From: Clostridia bacterium
Lineage (GTDB): Bacteria > Bacillota > Clostridia > Oscillospirales > CAG-272
Length of the DNA stretch: 35,081 nucleotides
Direction: 5' to 3'
NCBI GenBank assembly: GCA_017416885.1
Contig: JAFQAM010000280.1
Location: 1-35,081, forward strand
The notes under the pieces are model-generated. The model did no database searches and was not told the origin of the DNA. It saw only the letters and a program-made list of their open reading frames with translations. This document shows, in pieces, positions 26,316 through 35,081 of this stretch. The number at the start of each line of letters is the position of its first letter. The first letter of the stretch is position 1. Position numbers and translations under genes: made by a program.

Positions 26316-27503
26316 TTAATCCGCAATGGAATCCTTTTTGGATACAGCAAGCGTCCAAATGGCAGTAGGTAATACGCTGATTATGAACACGCCAAGGAGG
26401 ATAATTAATTCAAAGATGTAAACCTTGCCCATATTAAGCACAACGCCGTAATTTGAAACAAAATCGCTCATAAATATTAGGCAAAGCCTTGAAACGCCAA
26501 AAGCTAAAACAGTGGAAGCAAGACCGATTATGCTATTTTGAATAATATATAAAAGATTAATTTTTCCCATACTTATACCTATCAATCTCATAAGCGATAT
26601 TTCTTTTGAGGAATGATACATATTAAGCAATGTAATTATGGAAATAACCATAATGTTCATTATAAGAATAATCGCGCAAAGCACATAAACTATGTATTTT
26701 GTGTTATTGGCATCATTCAAAACGCCTCTTACCGCATTCATAGGCACAATAGCCTGTAATGTGTGTGTCTCGTTATGCTCATCAGTTACAATTTTGTCAT
26801 CATATTCGGAAACTATCTGTCCTGCATACGCATCGTTTTTAGTTTTTACAAGAATAGCGCAAACCGTTGCGTGGCTATGTCCCTCGTGTCCTTCTTCTGC
26901 GTGCTCGTGCATTTGCCACAGTGTGCGGATTTGCGTAAATACAACATTGTCATATGACGAATGTGTTTCTCTTAAAATTCCGCGAATTGTGATGCCCTGT
27001 GTGTGAGTTTCCGCGCTGTTTGCAGAGTGGCTTGTATAAATCACATCACCGACTTTTAAATCATTGTATTTTGCTACATTATATCCAATCACCGCTTGTA
27101 ATGAGGAATTGTCATCAAGCATTTGTCCCTCTTTAAGCTCCTTTTCAATCAGAAGCTCGCTTGATGTGCCTACAACATTATATCCGTTATAGCTATCAGC
27201 CATAGCAAAAGGAATAACCGTTCTTACTCTTTGGTCCATTTGAAGCTGTGATACAACAGAGTAAGGAATAGTGCCAAGAGGCTCCTCCGCAAAGTACATA
27301 GTATTCATTGCAAGCTGAGTTTCGCTTCCCGATGGACCGATAATAGCAGAATAATAGCCTGCATTTTCGGTAATGCCGTCGCTTACCTGGTTAGAAACAT
27401 TGAAGGCGAGAACACCTATTCCCGCTGAAATAACAATCGAAAGCACAATGAGAATTACCTGCACCTTCTTAATAGCCATATTTTTTAGCGCAAATTTCAG
27501 CAT
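26316..27503 (-). CDS. FtsX/MacB-type ABC permease with a His-rich insert in its extracytoplasmic domain
   Basis: ATG 27503 sits 7 nt after GAAGGAGGTG. One N-terminal TM segment, an external domain of about 250 aa containing MHEHAEEGHEGHSH (26871-26912), then 3 C-terminal TM segments. Confidence 0.85.
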   Translation of the reverse strand: MLKFALKNMAIKKVQVILIVLSIVISAGIGVLAFNVSNQVSDGITENAGYYSAIIGPSGSETQLAMNTMYFAEEPLGTIPYSVVSQLQMDQRVRTVIPFAMADSYNGYNVVGTSSELLIEKELKEGQMLDDNSSLQAVIGYNVAKYNDLKVGDVIYTSHSANSAETHTQGITIRGILRETHSSYDNVVFTQIRTLWQMHEHAEEGHEGHSHATVCAILVKTKNDAYAGQIVSEYDDKIVTDEHNETHTLQAIVPMNAVRGVLNDANNTKYIVYVLCAIILIMNIMVISIITLLNMYHSSKEISLMRLIGISMGKINLLYIIQNSIIGLASTVLAFGVSRLCLIFMSDFVSNYGVVLNMGKVYIFELIILLGVFIISVLPTAIWTLAVSKKDSIAD

Positions 27504-27504
27504 A

Positions 27505-28167
27505 TTATTCCACCTCCTTCGGTGAAATAACATCCTTCATTCCGCTTGTTATTTCGTTCATATCAATAATTTCATCAAAATAAATACCAAGTCGCTCATC
27601 GTGTGTAACGGCGATTAATGTTTTGCCCTTTGATACCTTAACAAGCTCCTTGATAACCTGCTCGCCGATAGCAAAATTCAGATTGCCCGTAGGCTCGTCG
27701 GCAAGTATAATTTCAGGAGATTTAACAAGCGCTCTTGCAATAGCGACTCTTTGCTTTTGTCCGCCTGAAAGATGCTTGATTTTACTGCTTTTCTTTTCAA
27801 GTATTCCAAGCTCACTAAGTAATTTTGGCGCATTTTGTGTGTCTATTCCCTCTAATTTTAGAATATCGATATTATCCATAACGGTCATATCGTTAATCAA
27901 CTTGAAATCCTGGAAAATATAGCCAATAGATTTAATGCGGAATTTATCCTTTTCCTTTTGGCTTTTTTCTTGCATATTGACACCGTCAATAATAATTGAG
28001 CCGCTTGTAGGCGACATAATACCCGCAATCATATTCAAAAGAGTAGATTTTCCGCAACCGCTTGCGCCAAGCAGCATATAGGATTTTCCGCTTTCAAAAA
28101 TTATATCCTTATAATCAATAGCAGTTTCATTTTGAAATTGCTTTGTAACGCTTTTTATTTCTATCAT
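27505..28167 (-). CDS. ABC transporter ATP-binding protein (MacB/LolD-like)
   Basis: Walker A GASGCGKST, signature LSGGQKQRV, Walker B ILADEPTGNLN. Confidence 0.9.
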   Translation of the reverse strand: MIEIKSVTKQFQNETAIDYKDIIFESGKSYMLLGASGCGKSTLLNMIAGIMSPTSGSIIIDGVNMQEKSQKEKDKFRIKSIGYIFQDFKLINDMTVMDNIDILKLEGIDTQNAPKLLSELGILEKKSSKIKHLSGGQKQRVAIARALVKSPEIILADEPTGNLNFAIGEQVIKELVKVSKGKTLIAVTHDERLGIYFDEIIDMNEITSGMKDVISPKEVE

Positions 28168-28188
28168 ATTAGTTCCTTTCTTTTTTTG

Positions 28189-28211
28189 CAGAAAAGAACA
28201 GGTCTTTTCTG
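28189..28211 (-). other. Intercistronic stem-loop between the small membrane-protein gene and the ATPase gene
   Basis: cagaaaaga-acagg-tcttttctg. No T-tract follows on the coding (minus) strand, so a processing or stability element is more likely than a terminator. Confidence 0.3.
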
Positions 28212-28243
28212 TATTTATAAAAAATAATATAAATACGGAAAAA

Positions 28244-28528
28244 TCAATCGGATAGCTTGTCTCTTAGCTTAATAGGAGTTAATTCCACACCCCTGTATTT
28301 TGTTAAAATAAAGGCGAGTAAGGAAACAATATAATAAGCTACAGCTAAGATAAAAATCAGAACAAAAAGCAACGAAAGAAAATCATTTAAGCTTCTTAAC
28401 AGCTCGCATTGAGTACAGGTTGTATGATCACAAATATGTTCGTGCGCGCCGAAGCAAGCAAGCGTAAGCATAAAAAGAACCAACAGAACCATAATGACAG
28501 ATATAAAGGATTTAACTGCTTTATTCAT
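28244..28528 (-). CDS. Small two-TM membrane protein with a His/Cys cluster (HEHICDHTTCTQC)
   Basis: SD AAAGGAGGG lies 6 nt before the ATG. TM1, then GAHEHICDHTTCTQCE, then TM2; first gene of the ABC operon. Confidence 0.65.
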   Translation of the reverse strand: MNKAVKSFISVIMVLLVLFMLTLACFGAHEHICDHTTCTQCELLRSLNDFLSLLFVLIFILAVAYYIVSLLAFILTKYRGVELTPIKLRDKLSD

Positions 28529-28554
28529 TGTATCCCTCCTTTCCTATATTATAG

Positions 28555-28583
28555 ATTATAGCACCGATAGCAGCAGATGTCAA
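28555..28583 (-). promoter_or_regulatory. Perfect-consensus sigma-A promoter for the small-protein/ABC operon
   Basis: Minus strand: TTGACA (28583-28578), 17-nt spacer, TATAAT (28560-28555). The AACAA-N5-TTGTT palindrome (28582-28596) overlaps the -35. Confidence 0.7.
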
Positions 28584-28596
28584 CAAACTAATTGTT

Positions 28597-28628
28597 AAAA
28601 ATAAATTGCCATTCCTTAAAGAATGGCG
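28597..28628 (-). terminator. Terminator after the L-serine dehydratase gene
   Basis: gccattc / gaatggc stem; on the minus strand it is followed by AATTTATTTTT. Confidence 0.6.
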
Positions 28629-28632
28629 AAAT

Positions 28633-29850
28633 TTATTGATGATTTTTATAGTATTTAGCAAGACCGCCCGATGAGGTTTCACGGTAGTCGCTAAGTAGGT
28701 TTTTGCCTGTTTCGTACATAACCTTAACTACCATATCAAAGCGAAGCTTGCTTGAGCTTGCCAGAAAATTAGCAAGTGATAATGCGTTAATAGCGCGCAT
28801 TGCGGCAACCGCATTTCTTTCAATGCAAGGAATTTGAACAAGACCGCCGATAGGATCACAGGTTAAGCCTAAATGATGCTCCATTGCAACCTCGGCGGCA
28901 TATTCAATTTGATTTAAGCCCATTTCAAAAAGCTCAGCCAAAGCGCCCGCCGCCATTGAGCAAGCAGTACCGATTTCCGCCTGACAGCCACATTCCGCGC
29001 CGCTTATAGAAGCATTTTTCTTTATGATGTTACCGATAATACCGCCTGTTGCAAGAGCATGTAAAATTTCAGTGTCGGAAAAATGCTGCTTGTCCTGCAT
29101 ATATTTCAGAACAGAAGGCACAACACCGCACGCGCCACAGGTTGGAGCAGTCACAATAGTGCCGCCGCCTGCATTTTGCTCGCCAACCGCAAAGGCGTAT
29201 GAGCATACAAGACGGTTTTCCCTTGTTTGAGCAGATTCATCAATATGCTTTTGATTAAAGAGAATTTGCGCTCTTCTTTGAGTACCAAGACCGCCGGGCA
29301 AAATGCCTGTTGTAATAAGACCTTGACGGATTGATTCCTTCATTTGTTGCCAGATTTTTGAAAGATAATCCCAAATCTCCTTGCCCTCACATTCCTCAAC
29401 ATATTCCCAGATACGAATATTCTTGCGAGCGCAGTAATCTGCAATTTCAGAAAAGGTATTTAGACTGTAAACCTCTTTGTTTGTAATTTTAGTGTCGGGA
29501 TTTTCCTCTCCGTCAAAAACGATAGTACCGCCGCCCACACTGTAAACTCTCTTTTTACCAAGAAAAGCTCCGTTTTCGTATGCTTCAATATCCATTGTGT
29601 TAGGATGCACATTGCAAGGCGATACCTTATCCATGGTGATTTCACAGCTTACAGGCTCAAATGTCTCGCGGATAATTCTGTCAGTGCCGTGTCCCTCGCC
29701 TGTTAAAGCAAGCGAGCCATAAAGAGTAACCTTAAAAAGGTCAGCGGTAGGGAATAGCTTTTTAACGCTTTTTACAGCTCTTTCAGGTCCCATAGTATGT
29801 GAGCTTGACGGACCTCTGCCTATTTTATATAATTCACGAAGAGATTGCAT
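28633..29850 (-). CDS. sdaA: L-serine ammonia-lyase (iron-sulfur dependent, single-chain form)
   Basis: N-terminus LRELYKIGRGPSSSHTMGP, then TAPTCGACGVVPSVL and SGAECGCQAEIGTA cysteine motifs. Confidence 0.85.
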   Translation of the reverse strand: MQSLRELYKIGRGPSSSHTMGPERAVKSVKKLFPTADLFKVTLYGSLALTGEGHGTDRIIRETFEPVSCEITMDKVSPCNVHPNTMDIEAYENGAFLGKKRVYSVGGGTIVFDGEENPDTKITNKEVYSLNTFSEIADYCARKNIRIWEYVEECEGKEIWDYLSKIWQQMKESIRQGLITTGILPGGLGTQRRAQILFNQKHIDESAQTRENRLVCSYAFAVGEQNAGGGTIVTAPTCGACGVVPSVLKYMQDKQHFSDTEILHALATGGIIGNIIKKNASISGAECGCQAEIGTACSMAAGALAELFEMGLNQIEYAAEVAMEHHLGLTCDPIGGLVQIPCIERNAVAAMRAINALSLANFLASSSKLRFDMVVKVMYETGKNLLSDYRETSSGGLAKYYKNHQ

Positions 29851-29879
29851 AAATACTCCTTAAAATTGTTTTCAATAAT

Positions 29880-29908
29880 ATTGTAACCTTAAATTGATAA
29901 AAAGTCAA
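29880..29908 (-). promoter_or_regulatory. Sigma-A promoter for sdaA
   Basis: Minus strand: TTGACT (29908-29903), 17-nt spacer, TACAAT (29885-29880). Confidence 0.55.
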
Positions 29909-29910
29909 CC

Positions 29911-32175
29911 TTAATTCTTTATTCTTATTTTAAAAGGCTTATCGGTTACGAATTTATTTTCAATTCCTTCATAAAATTCACCGTCCGCAAAGCTTTCGCT
30001 TCCGCCCATAAAAACACAGTATTCCATATTGGGCATATAATACATAAATTGCTTTTTAAAGCTTGCGCCGTTTGCACCGAATACCAGAGCATCACTCTCA
30101 TATGCTCTTTTAGTATTTTCCATTGATATTAAATCAAATGTGGACGCGCCAAAATATGAATACTTGAAATTTCCCTTGGTAAGGGAAAACGCAATACATC
30201 TTTTCGTTGAGCGCTCAATATACATTTCCTCATTCATATCAAAATTAAAGCTTCCCAATGTAAGCTCATTTGAAAACACAGTATATTCTATATCCTTATT
30301 TTCTAAAACTTCAACGCATTCCTTAAAATATTTTTCCTCATTTTCAGTTTGCGGCAATGCTAAAAATATATGCCTTATAACCACATCCCCTGTCATTTTA
30401 TCAAAATATGCGCAGGATTTATTATTGTAGGTAAGGATAACATACTCGCTTATCTCACCGTATCCAAGATATTTACTCATATCGCTCGAGAAAACCGAGG
30501 ACTTTGAGTGATTTGAAATATCAATTACAGTCAGACTGTTATTTTCCTCAATGCAAACCGCATCATTGTGATTATAGGAATAAGCAGTAATATATGTATT
30601 GTTATTCCTATTAACAAAAAGCATAATATTTGAAGCAATGAATATTACAATGCACACAGCCATAACGGATAACGAAAGCTTCAATTTCTTTCTTGGCAAA
30701 ATGAAAATAAGTATCACCGATGCGCACAGTAAAACAGAAGCAATTAACTGTAAATTACTTGTTATCGGCAAAAGCAAATTCTTGAAATCAGATGTATATT
30801 TGCACACATCAAGAACAAAATCGCAAATAATCTCGCAAAAATAAATAAGCGGATTAGAAATAAACCGAATAGGCAGCAGTATTAAAATGAAAGGCACTAA
30901 ATAGATAATTATATTTATAATCGGCACTAAAATTATATTTGCCAAAACAGAGGCTAAGGAAAAGGAGCCGAAATATAAATATGTAAAGGGCAAGCAAAGA
31001 AATGTCACTGCCATAGTTGTGCATAGCGTCAAAAAGCAAAATCTTAATAATTTGCTTCTTAATTTATAAATAACTCTTGTTCTGTAAATTAGTTTTGCCG
31101 AAAGCATACATCCGACCATTGCAAGAAAGGATAGCATTAAGCCTATTGAAAAAATCAAATAAGGCGAAAAAGCGCAAATTAGAGTAACAGTTACAAAAAG
31201 AGTAGTTATCTTTTCAGGCACCGACCAAAAAATATACGATGAAAAGAATAATATCTGCATAAGTCCTGCGCGGATTGCAGGCTCTGAAAATCCCGATATA
31301 CCCACAAAGAAAAAGATAATAACGGAAATTAATATAAACTGCGCCGACGACGGAAGAAAGGTTTTAGAAAGAGCAAACCCAAGCATTGTAACAATAATTG
31401 AAACATGCATACCGCTAAGCGAAAGAATATGCACAATGCCAAGCCTTGTAAAATCCCTGTTTGTATCTCTTGACAAAAGATCTCTGTTGCCAAGCAAAAG
31501 AGCAGATACCAATGGGTACGCTCTGTCACTTAAATTTTTCTTGATTATACCGTCTAAAAAGGAATTTATCCCTCGTAATGTGTCAATAAAATTGGGTTTT
31601 CCCTCTGAAATTTCCAAATATTCCTCAATTTCACCGTCAATCAGAATCCCATTGTCACGGTAGTATGATGCAGAATCAAAGCCAACAGGCATACTCCGAA
31701 TAGACGAGAAAACCACCTTGGCTTTAAAAATATCATTTCTTTTCATAGATGCGGAATCATCGGTAACCATAGCATTAAACTCCTGCTTTTCGCCGTTTAC
31801 GCTGTCAATCTTAATGCTGTATCCCGCAAAATATTCCTGATTAAAAAGCACATCCTCAACCGTTCCCGAAATTTCATATACCTCACCGTCACAAAGCTCA
31901 TATGCTTTTTTGTCCTTTTGAAAGGTGCAAATTGAAATCACAATAGCCAACAAAACAAAAACCGTGATGCAGGATATCCTGGCAAATAAATCAAGAAGCA
32001 TCTTGCTTTTGCGCGCAAAATATAAGCAGCCAAAAATCAGAGAGGTAATAATCGCTATGCCGCCAACAATAGCCAAAGATACATAATCAAGCTCAAAGCT
32101 GACATATAGCGTCACAAGAAAAAACAAGCAGCCAAGCGCAAGATTTCTATACTTAAATAGGTTAATTATCAACAC
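29911..32175 (-). CDS. comEC: ComEC/Rec2-family DNA internalisation channel protein with a degenerate C-terminal metallo-beta-lactamase domain
   Basis: N-terminal TM plus OB-like domain, central polytopic competence domain (GIVHILSLSGMHVSI). The C-terminal domain lacks HxHxDH. The start is uncertain: GTG 32175 lies inside the SD-like GGAGGTG. Confidence 0.8.
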   Translation of the reverse strand: MLIINLFKYRNLALGCLFFLVTLYVSFELDYVSLAIVGGIAIITSLIFGCLYFARKSKMLLDLFARISCITVFVLLAIVISICTFQKDKKAYELCDGEVYEISGTVEDVLFNQEYFAGYSIKIDSVNGEKQEFNAMVTDDSASMKRNDIFKAKVVFSSIRSMPVGFDSASYYRDNGILIDGEIEEYLEISEGKPNFIDTLRGINSFLDGIIKKNLSDRAYPLVSALLLGNRDLLSRDTNRDFTRLGIVHILSLSGMHVSIIVTMLGFALSKTFLPSSAQFILISVIIFFFVGISGFSEPAIRAGLMQILFFSSYIFWSVPEKITTLFVTVTLICAFSPYLIFSIGLMLSFLAMVGCMLSAKLIYRTRVIYKLRSKLLRFCFLTLCTTMAVTFLCLPFTYLYFGSFSLASVLANIILVPIINIIIYLVPFILILLPIRFISNPLIYFCEIICDFVLDVCKYTSDFKNLLLPITSNLQLIASVLLCASVILIFILPRKKLKLSLSVMAVCIVIFIASNIMLFVNRNNNTYITAYSYNHNDAVCIEENNSLTVIDISNHSKSSVFSSDMSKYLGYGEISEYVILTYNNKSCAYFDKMTGDVVIRHIFLALPQTENEEKYFKECVEVLENKDIEYTVFSNELTLGSFNFDMNEEMYIERSTKRCIAFSLTKGNFKYSYFGASTFDLISMENTKRAYESDALVFGANGASFKKQFMYYMPNMEYCVFMGGSESFADGEFYEGIENKFVTDKPFKIRIKN

Positions 32176-32221
32176 CTCCCCGCATTTTTTCTACATTTTA
32201 CCACATATATATACAAAAAAC

Positions 32222-32257
32222 AAGAGGACACTTGCTTTATGTGCAAAATGTCCTCGT
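32222..32257 (-). terminator. Terminator after livF
   Basis: gaggaca / tgtcctc stem with an internal ttgc/gcaa extension; on the minus strand it is followed by TTGTTTTTTG. Confidence 0.6.
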
Positions 32258-32267
32258 TTTTATTTAA

Positions 32268-32981
32268 TTAACCGCCAAGATATGCCTTGCGTACCATTTC
32301 GCTTGAAGCAAGCTCACTGCCTGTGCCTGAAAGAACGATTTTACCGTTTTCCAAAACATAGGCTCTGTCGGAGATAGCAAGTGATTTGCCGGCATTTTGC
32401 TCAACCAATAAAATAGTTGTGCCGTCCTTGTTGATATCCTTAATGATTTTAAACACCTCATCAACTAAAAGCGGTGAAAGTCCCATTGAAGGCTCATCAA
32501 GCATAAGAAGCTTAGGATGACTCATAAGCGCTCTGCCGATTGCAAGCATTTGCTGCTCACCGCCTGAAAGCGTGCCCGCAATCTGATTTTTTCTTTCTGC
32601 AAGCCTTGGAAATCTCTCATAAACCATTTCGATATCTTGCTTGAAATCCGCTTGATCCTTTTTCATTGAATAAGCGCCCATTAAAAGATTTTCGTAAACC
32701 GAAAGCTCTTGGAAAATTCTTCTTCCCTCAGGCACCTGTGTCATACCTAAATGAACGATTTTGTGGCAAGGCGTCTTTGTAATGTCCGCTCCGTCAAATG
32801 TAACCACACCTGATTTTTTAGGAATAAGTCCTACAACAGATTGCATTGTGGTTGTTTTTCCTGCGCCGTTAGCGCCGATAAGCGTTACAATTTCACCTTG
32901 ATTTACCTCGAAGCTAATGCCGTGTAGTGCTCTGATTACGCCGTAGCAAACCTCAAGGTCATGTACCTCTAATAAAGCCAT
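32268..32981 (-). CDS. livF: Branched-chain amino acid ABC transporter ATP-binding protein LivF
   Basis: LEVHDLEVCYG..., GANGAGKTT, LSGGEQQML, LLMLDEPSMGL. Confidence 0.9.
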   Translation of the reverse strand: MALLEVHDLEVCYGVIRALHGISFEVNQGEIVTLIGANGAGKTTTMQSVVGLIPKKSGVVTFDGADITKTPCHKIVHLGMTQVPEGRRIFQELSVYENLLMGAYSMKKDQADFKQDIEMVYERFPRLAERKNQIAGTLSGGEQQMLAIGRALMSHPKLLMLDEPSMGLSPLLVDEVFKIIKDINKDGTTILLVEQNAGKSLAISDRAYVLENGKIVLSGTGSELASSEMVRKAYLGG

Positions 32982-32985
32982 AGCA

Positions 32986-33834
32986 TTAACCTCCTATATA
33001 TGCCTTAATAACCTCTGGGTTACTAAGCGCAGTTTTTGTATCGCCCTCTGCAAGCACAGTACCGAAGTTAAGAACTGTAATTTCATCGCAAAGACCTGAC
33101 ACAAATTTCATATCGTGCTCAATCAATAGAATTGTCATATCAAATTGCTCACGGATAATCTTAATTGTTTTTACAAGGTCCTCAGTTTCGTGAGGATTCA
33201 TTCCTGCCGCAGGCTCGTCAAGAAGTAAAAGCTTTGGATTTGTAGCCAACGCTCTTGCTATTTCAAGCTTTCTTTGCTTGCCGTACGGAAGGTTGCAGGC
33301 AAGATTGTTTCTTTCATCCTCTAAATCGAAGATGCGAAGAAGCTCCTTTGCTCTTGCTCTCATCGATTTTTCAACCTTGAAATGACGGGGAAGACGGAAA
33401 ATGCTTTCAAAAAGATTGCATTTAAACTCAGGCTGATTTGAAAGACCAACCATAACATTACGGACAACAGTCATATTGTTAAATAAACGAATGTTCTGGA
33501 ATGTTCTTGCAATACCCTTGTGATTGATTTTATCCTGCGGTAAGCCTGTCAGGTTTTCACCGTTTAAGAAAAATTCGCCGTCAGTTGGTTGATATACGCC
33601 TGTCAAAAGGTTAAATACAGTAGTTTTACCTGCGCCGTTAGGACCGATAAGACCGTAAATTTGATTTTTCTTGATTTTGAGATTTACATTTTGAGCCGCC
33701 TTAAGACCGCCAAAGGTGATACCTAAGTCTCTTGTCTCAAGAACATAGTCACTCTCGATGTTTTCTCGCTTGTGTGATTTTTTGAGGATTTTAGTATTAA
33801 CAAAGGATTTTATATTATCAAAAAATTTTGCCAT
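32986..33834 (-). CDS. livG: Branched-chain amino acid ABC transporter ATP-binding protein LivG
   Basis: GPNGAGKTT, LPYGKQRKLEIARAL, LLLLDEPAAGMNP, and the C-terminal ...NPEVIKAYIG typical of LivG. Confidence 0.9.
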   Translation of the reverse strand: MAKFFDNIKSFVNTKILKKSHKRENIESDYVLETRDLGITFGGLKAAQNVNLKIKKNQIYGLIGPNGAGKTTVFNLLTGVYQPTDGEFFLNGENLTGLPQDKINHKGIARTFQNIRLFNNMTVVRNVMVGLSNQPEFKCNLFESIFRLPRHFKVEKSMRARAKELLRIFDLEDERNNLACNLPYGKQRKLEIARALATNPKLLLLDEPAAGMNPHETEDLVKTIKIIREQFDMTILLIEHDMKFVSGLCDEITVLNFGTVLAEGDTKTALSNPEVIKAYIGG

Positions 33835-34982
33835 TACTTGTTACCTCCTCTTTCACCAATATCTGCGCTGTTATCGCCTGTATTATCAATGATAACATCA
33901 GTTGAAAGCACCTCATCCATTGAAATCTTAGTAGGTACAACATCCCAACGAACCGCGTCATCGCCGATTTTAGACGGATCATGCTTAGGCTTAATAAGTA
34001 AGCGCCATAGGTTAGTAAAGTTATACTTTTCACGGAATGTCTTAAGTGATGGAGCATTTCTGTAAATAACCAAAATAATAAGAACAAGCGCGTAAATAAG
34101 ATCCTTAGCAACCGCAAAGTTACCGCCAAGCTTAGTTTGAAGGATAGTATTTAAAGCAGTAATAAGAACAGCGGAAATAATTGAGCCGTTAACTGTCATA
34201 CCGCCTAAAACTACAATAACCAATATTTCAATAGAGTAGTTGTAATCAAATGTAACTGCTTGAATGCTTTGTACACTATAACTGTATAAAACGCCTGCAA
34301 GACCTGCAAAAACCGCAGATACAACGAAGCCCATAAGCTTGTATTTTGTTACATTAATACCGGTAGCTCTTGCCGCAATTTCATTATCACGAATAGCGGT
34401 AATAGCTCTGCCGTGCTTACTCTTAATAATATTTTGAATTACAAAAATAGTTAAAAGAACAACAAGCGCGCCTACTGTAAATAGCATAAAGCGCATGCTT
34501 CTGTTTGTTGTAAAGTCAGGAGTTCTAAGACCTGTATGGCTTCCAAAGAACTCACTGTTTTCAATAATGTTCTTTACGATCTCACCAAATGCAAGAGTTA
34601 CAATTGCAAGATAGTCACCTCTTAATCTGAGAGCCGGAAGACCAACGATAAAGCCGCAAAGACCTGCGCAAAGACCGCCAACAATAAGAGCAAGAATTAC
34701 TGTGACAATATTAGTGCCACCAAGTGAGCTTGAAAGAAGAACCGCAAGCTTACCGCCTACATAAGCACCAATACACATAAAGCCCGCGTGACCGAGTGAA
34801 AGCTCACCAAGGAAGCCTACAACCATATTAAGTGAAACTGCAAGAATAATAGCAATTACGCTTTGCTCTAAAAGGGCTAAGGTCGTTCCGGGAAGAGCGC
34901 CGAGCGCGCCCATAATTGTTAAAATAATGGCAAGAGAACCGATAACGGTATAGCTTAAATAATTTTTTACAAATTTTCTCAT
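33834..34982 (-). CDS. livM: Branched-chain amino acid ABC transporter permease LivM, with a hydrophilic C-terminal tail of about 60 aa
   Basis: Polytopic, with GELSLGHAGFMCIGAY and LRLRGDYLAIVTLAFGEI motifs. The start overlaps the livH stop (TAATG). Confidence 0.85.
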   Translation of the reverse strand: MRKFVKNYLSYTVIGSLAIILTIMGALGALPGTTLALLEQSVIAIILAVSLNMVVGFLGELSLGHAGFMCIGAYVGGKLAVLLSSSLGGTNIVTVILALIVGGLCAGLCGFIVGLPALRLRGDYLAIVTLAFGEIVKNIIENSEFFGSHTGLRTPDFTTNRSMRFMLFTVGALVVLLTIFVIQNIIKSKHGRAITAIRDNEIAARATGINVTKYKLMGFVVSAVFAGLAGVLYSYSVQSIQAVTFDYNYSIEILVIVVLGGMTVNGSIISAVLITALNTILQTKLGGNFAVAKDLIYALVLIILVIYRNAPSLKTFREKYNFTNLWRLLIKPKHDPSKIGDDAVRWDVVPTKISMDEVLSTDVIIDNTGDNSADIGERGGNK

Positions 34983-35081
34983 TATACCTTCTCCCTTCTT
35001 TTCTTACCAAGAATACCTGTTGGCTTTACTAAAAGTACAATAATAAGAATTGAGAATTCAATTGCAACCGCATAGTCACCA
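34982..35081 (-). CDS. livH: Branched-chain amino acid ABC transporter permease LivH, C-terminal fragment only
   Basis: The minus-strand frame from the window edge reads GDYAVAIEFSILIIVLLVKPTGILGKKRREKV and stops at a TAA overlapping the livM ATG. Confidence 0.7.
   Translation of the reverse strand, partial: GDYAVAIEFSILIIVLLVKPTGILGKKRREKV

Noticed and set aside
26306-26350. N-terminal extensions of the lipoprotein ORF (to 26350) and of the permease ORF (27504-27533) in the track
   Set aside because: The internal ATGs at 26305 and 27503 have strong SDs and give a proper lipoprotein signal peptide and a typical MacB N-terminus. The extensions overlap the upstream genes.

Overview
35-kb, low-GC, densely coding chromosomal segment that looks like a Clostridia-class Firmicute. 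Most of it is housekeeping: two OmpR/HisKA two-component systems, an HtrA protease, an ABC exporter pair, a U32 peptidase, uppP, pgk-tpiA, nnr, a PTS block (ptsH-ptsI-crr plus an EIICB permease), a single-chain L-serine dehydratase, comEC and livHMGF. I saw no rRNA, tRNA, CRISPR array, transposase, integrase or recognisable defence gene. Three things are not explained by ordinary annotation. (i) Three intergenic loci are built from 7-nt tandem arrays and nested palindromes; the largest (12041-12447) is a ~400-bp modular element of ATATCGA boxes separated by mini-hairpins that differ in sequence but keep their pairing. (ii) A small islet (22.1-25.3 kb) holds an XRE-TPR regulator, an HExxH protein, an SF0329-like protein, and a gene whose PLMP/RRXRR-like N-terminal domain has no canonical start codon. 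(iii) A MacB-type ABC operon (25.4-28.6 kb) has His/Cys metal-ligand motifs in its permease, its lipoprotein and a small membrane partner. All functional calls come from reading the translated sequence by eye; no database search was possible, so family names are recollections to be confirmed.
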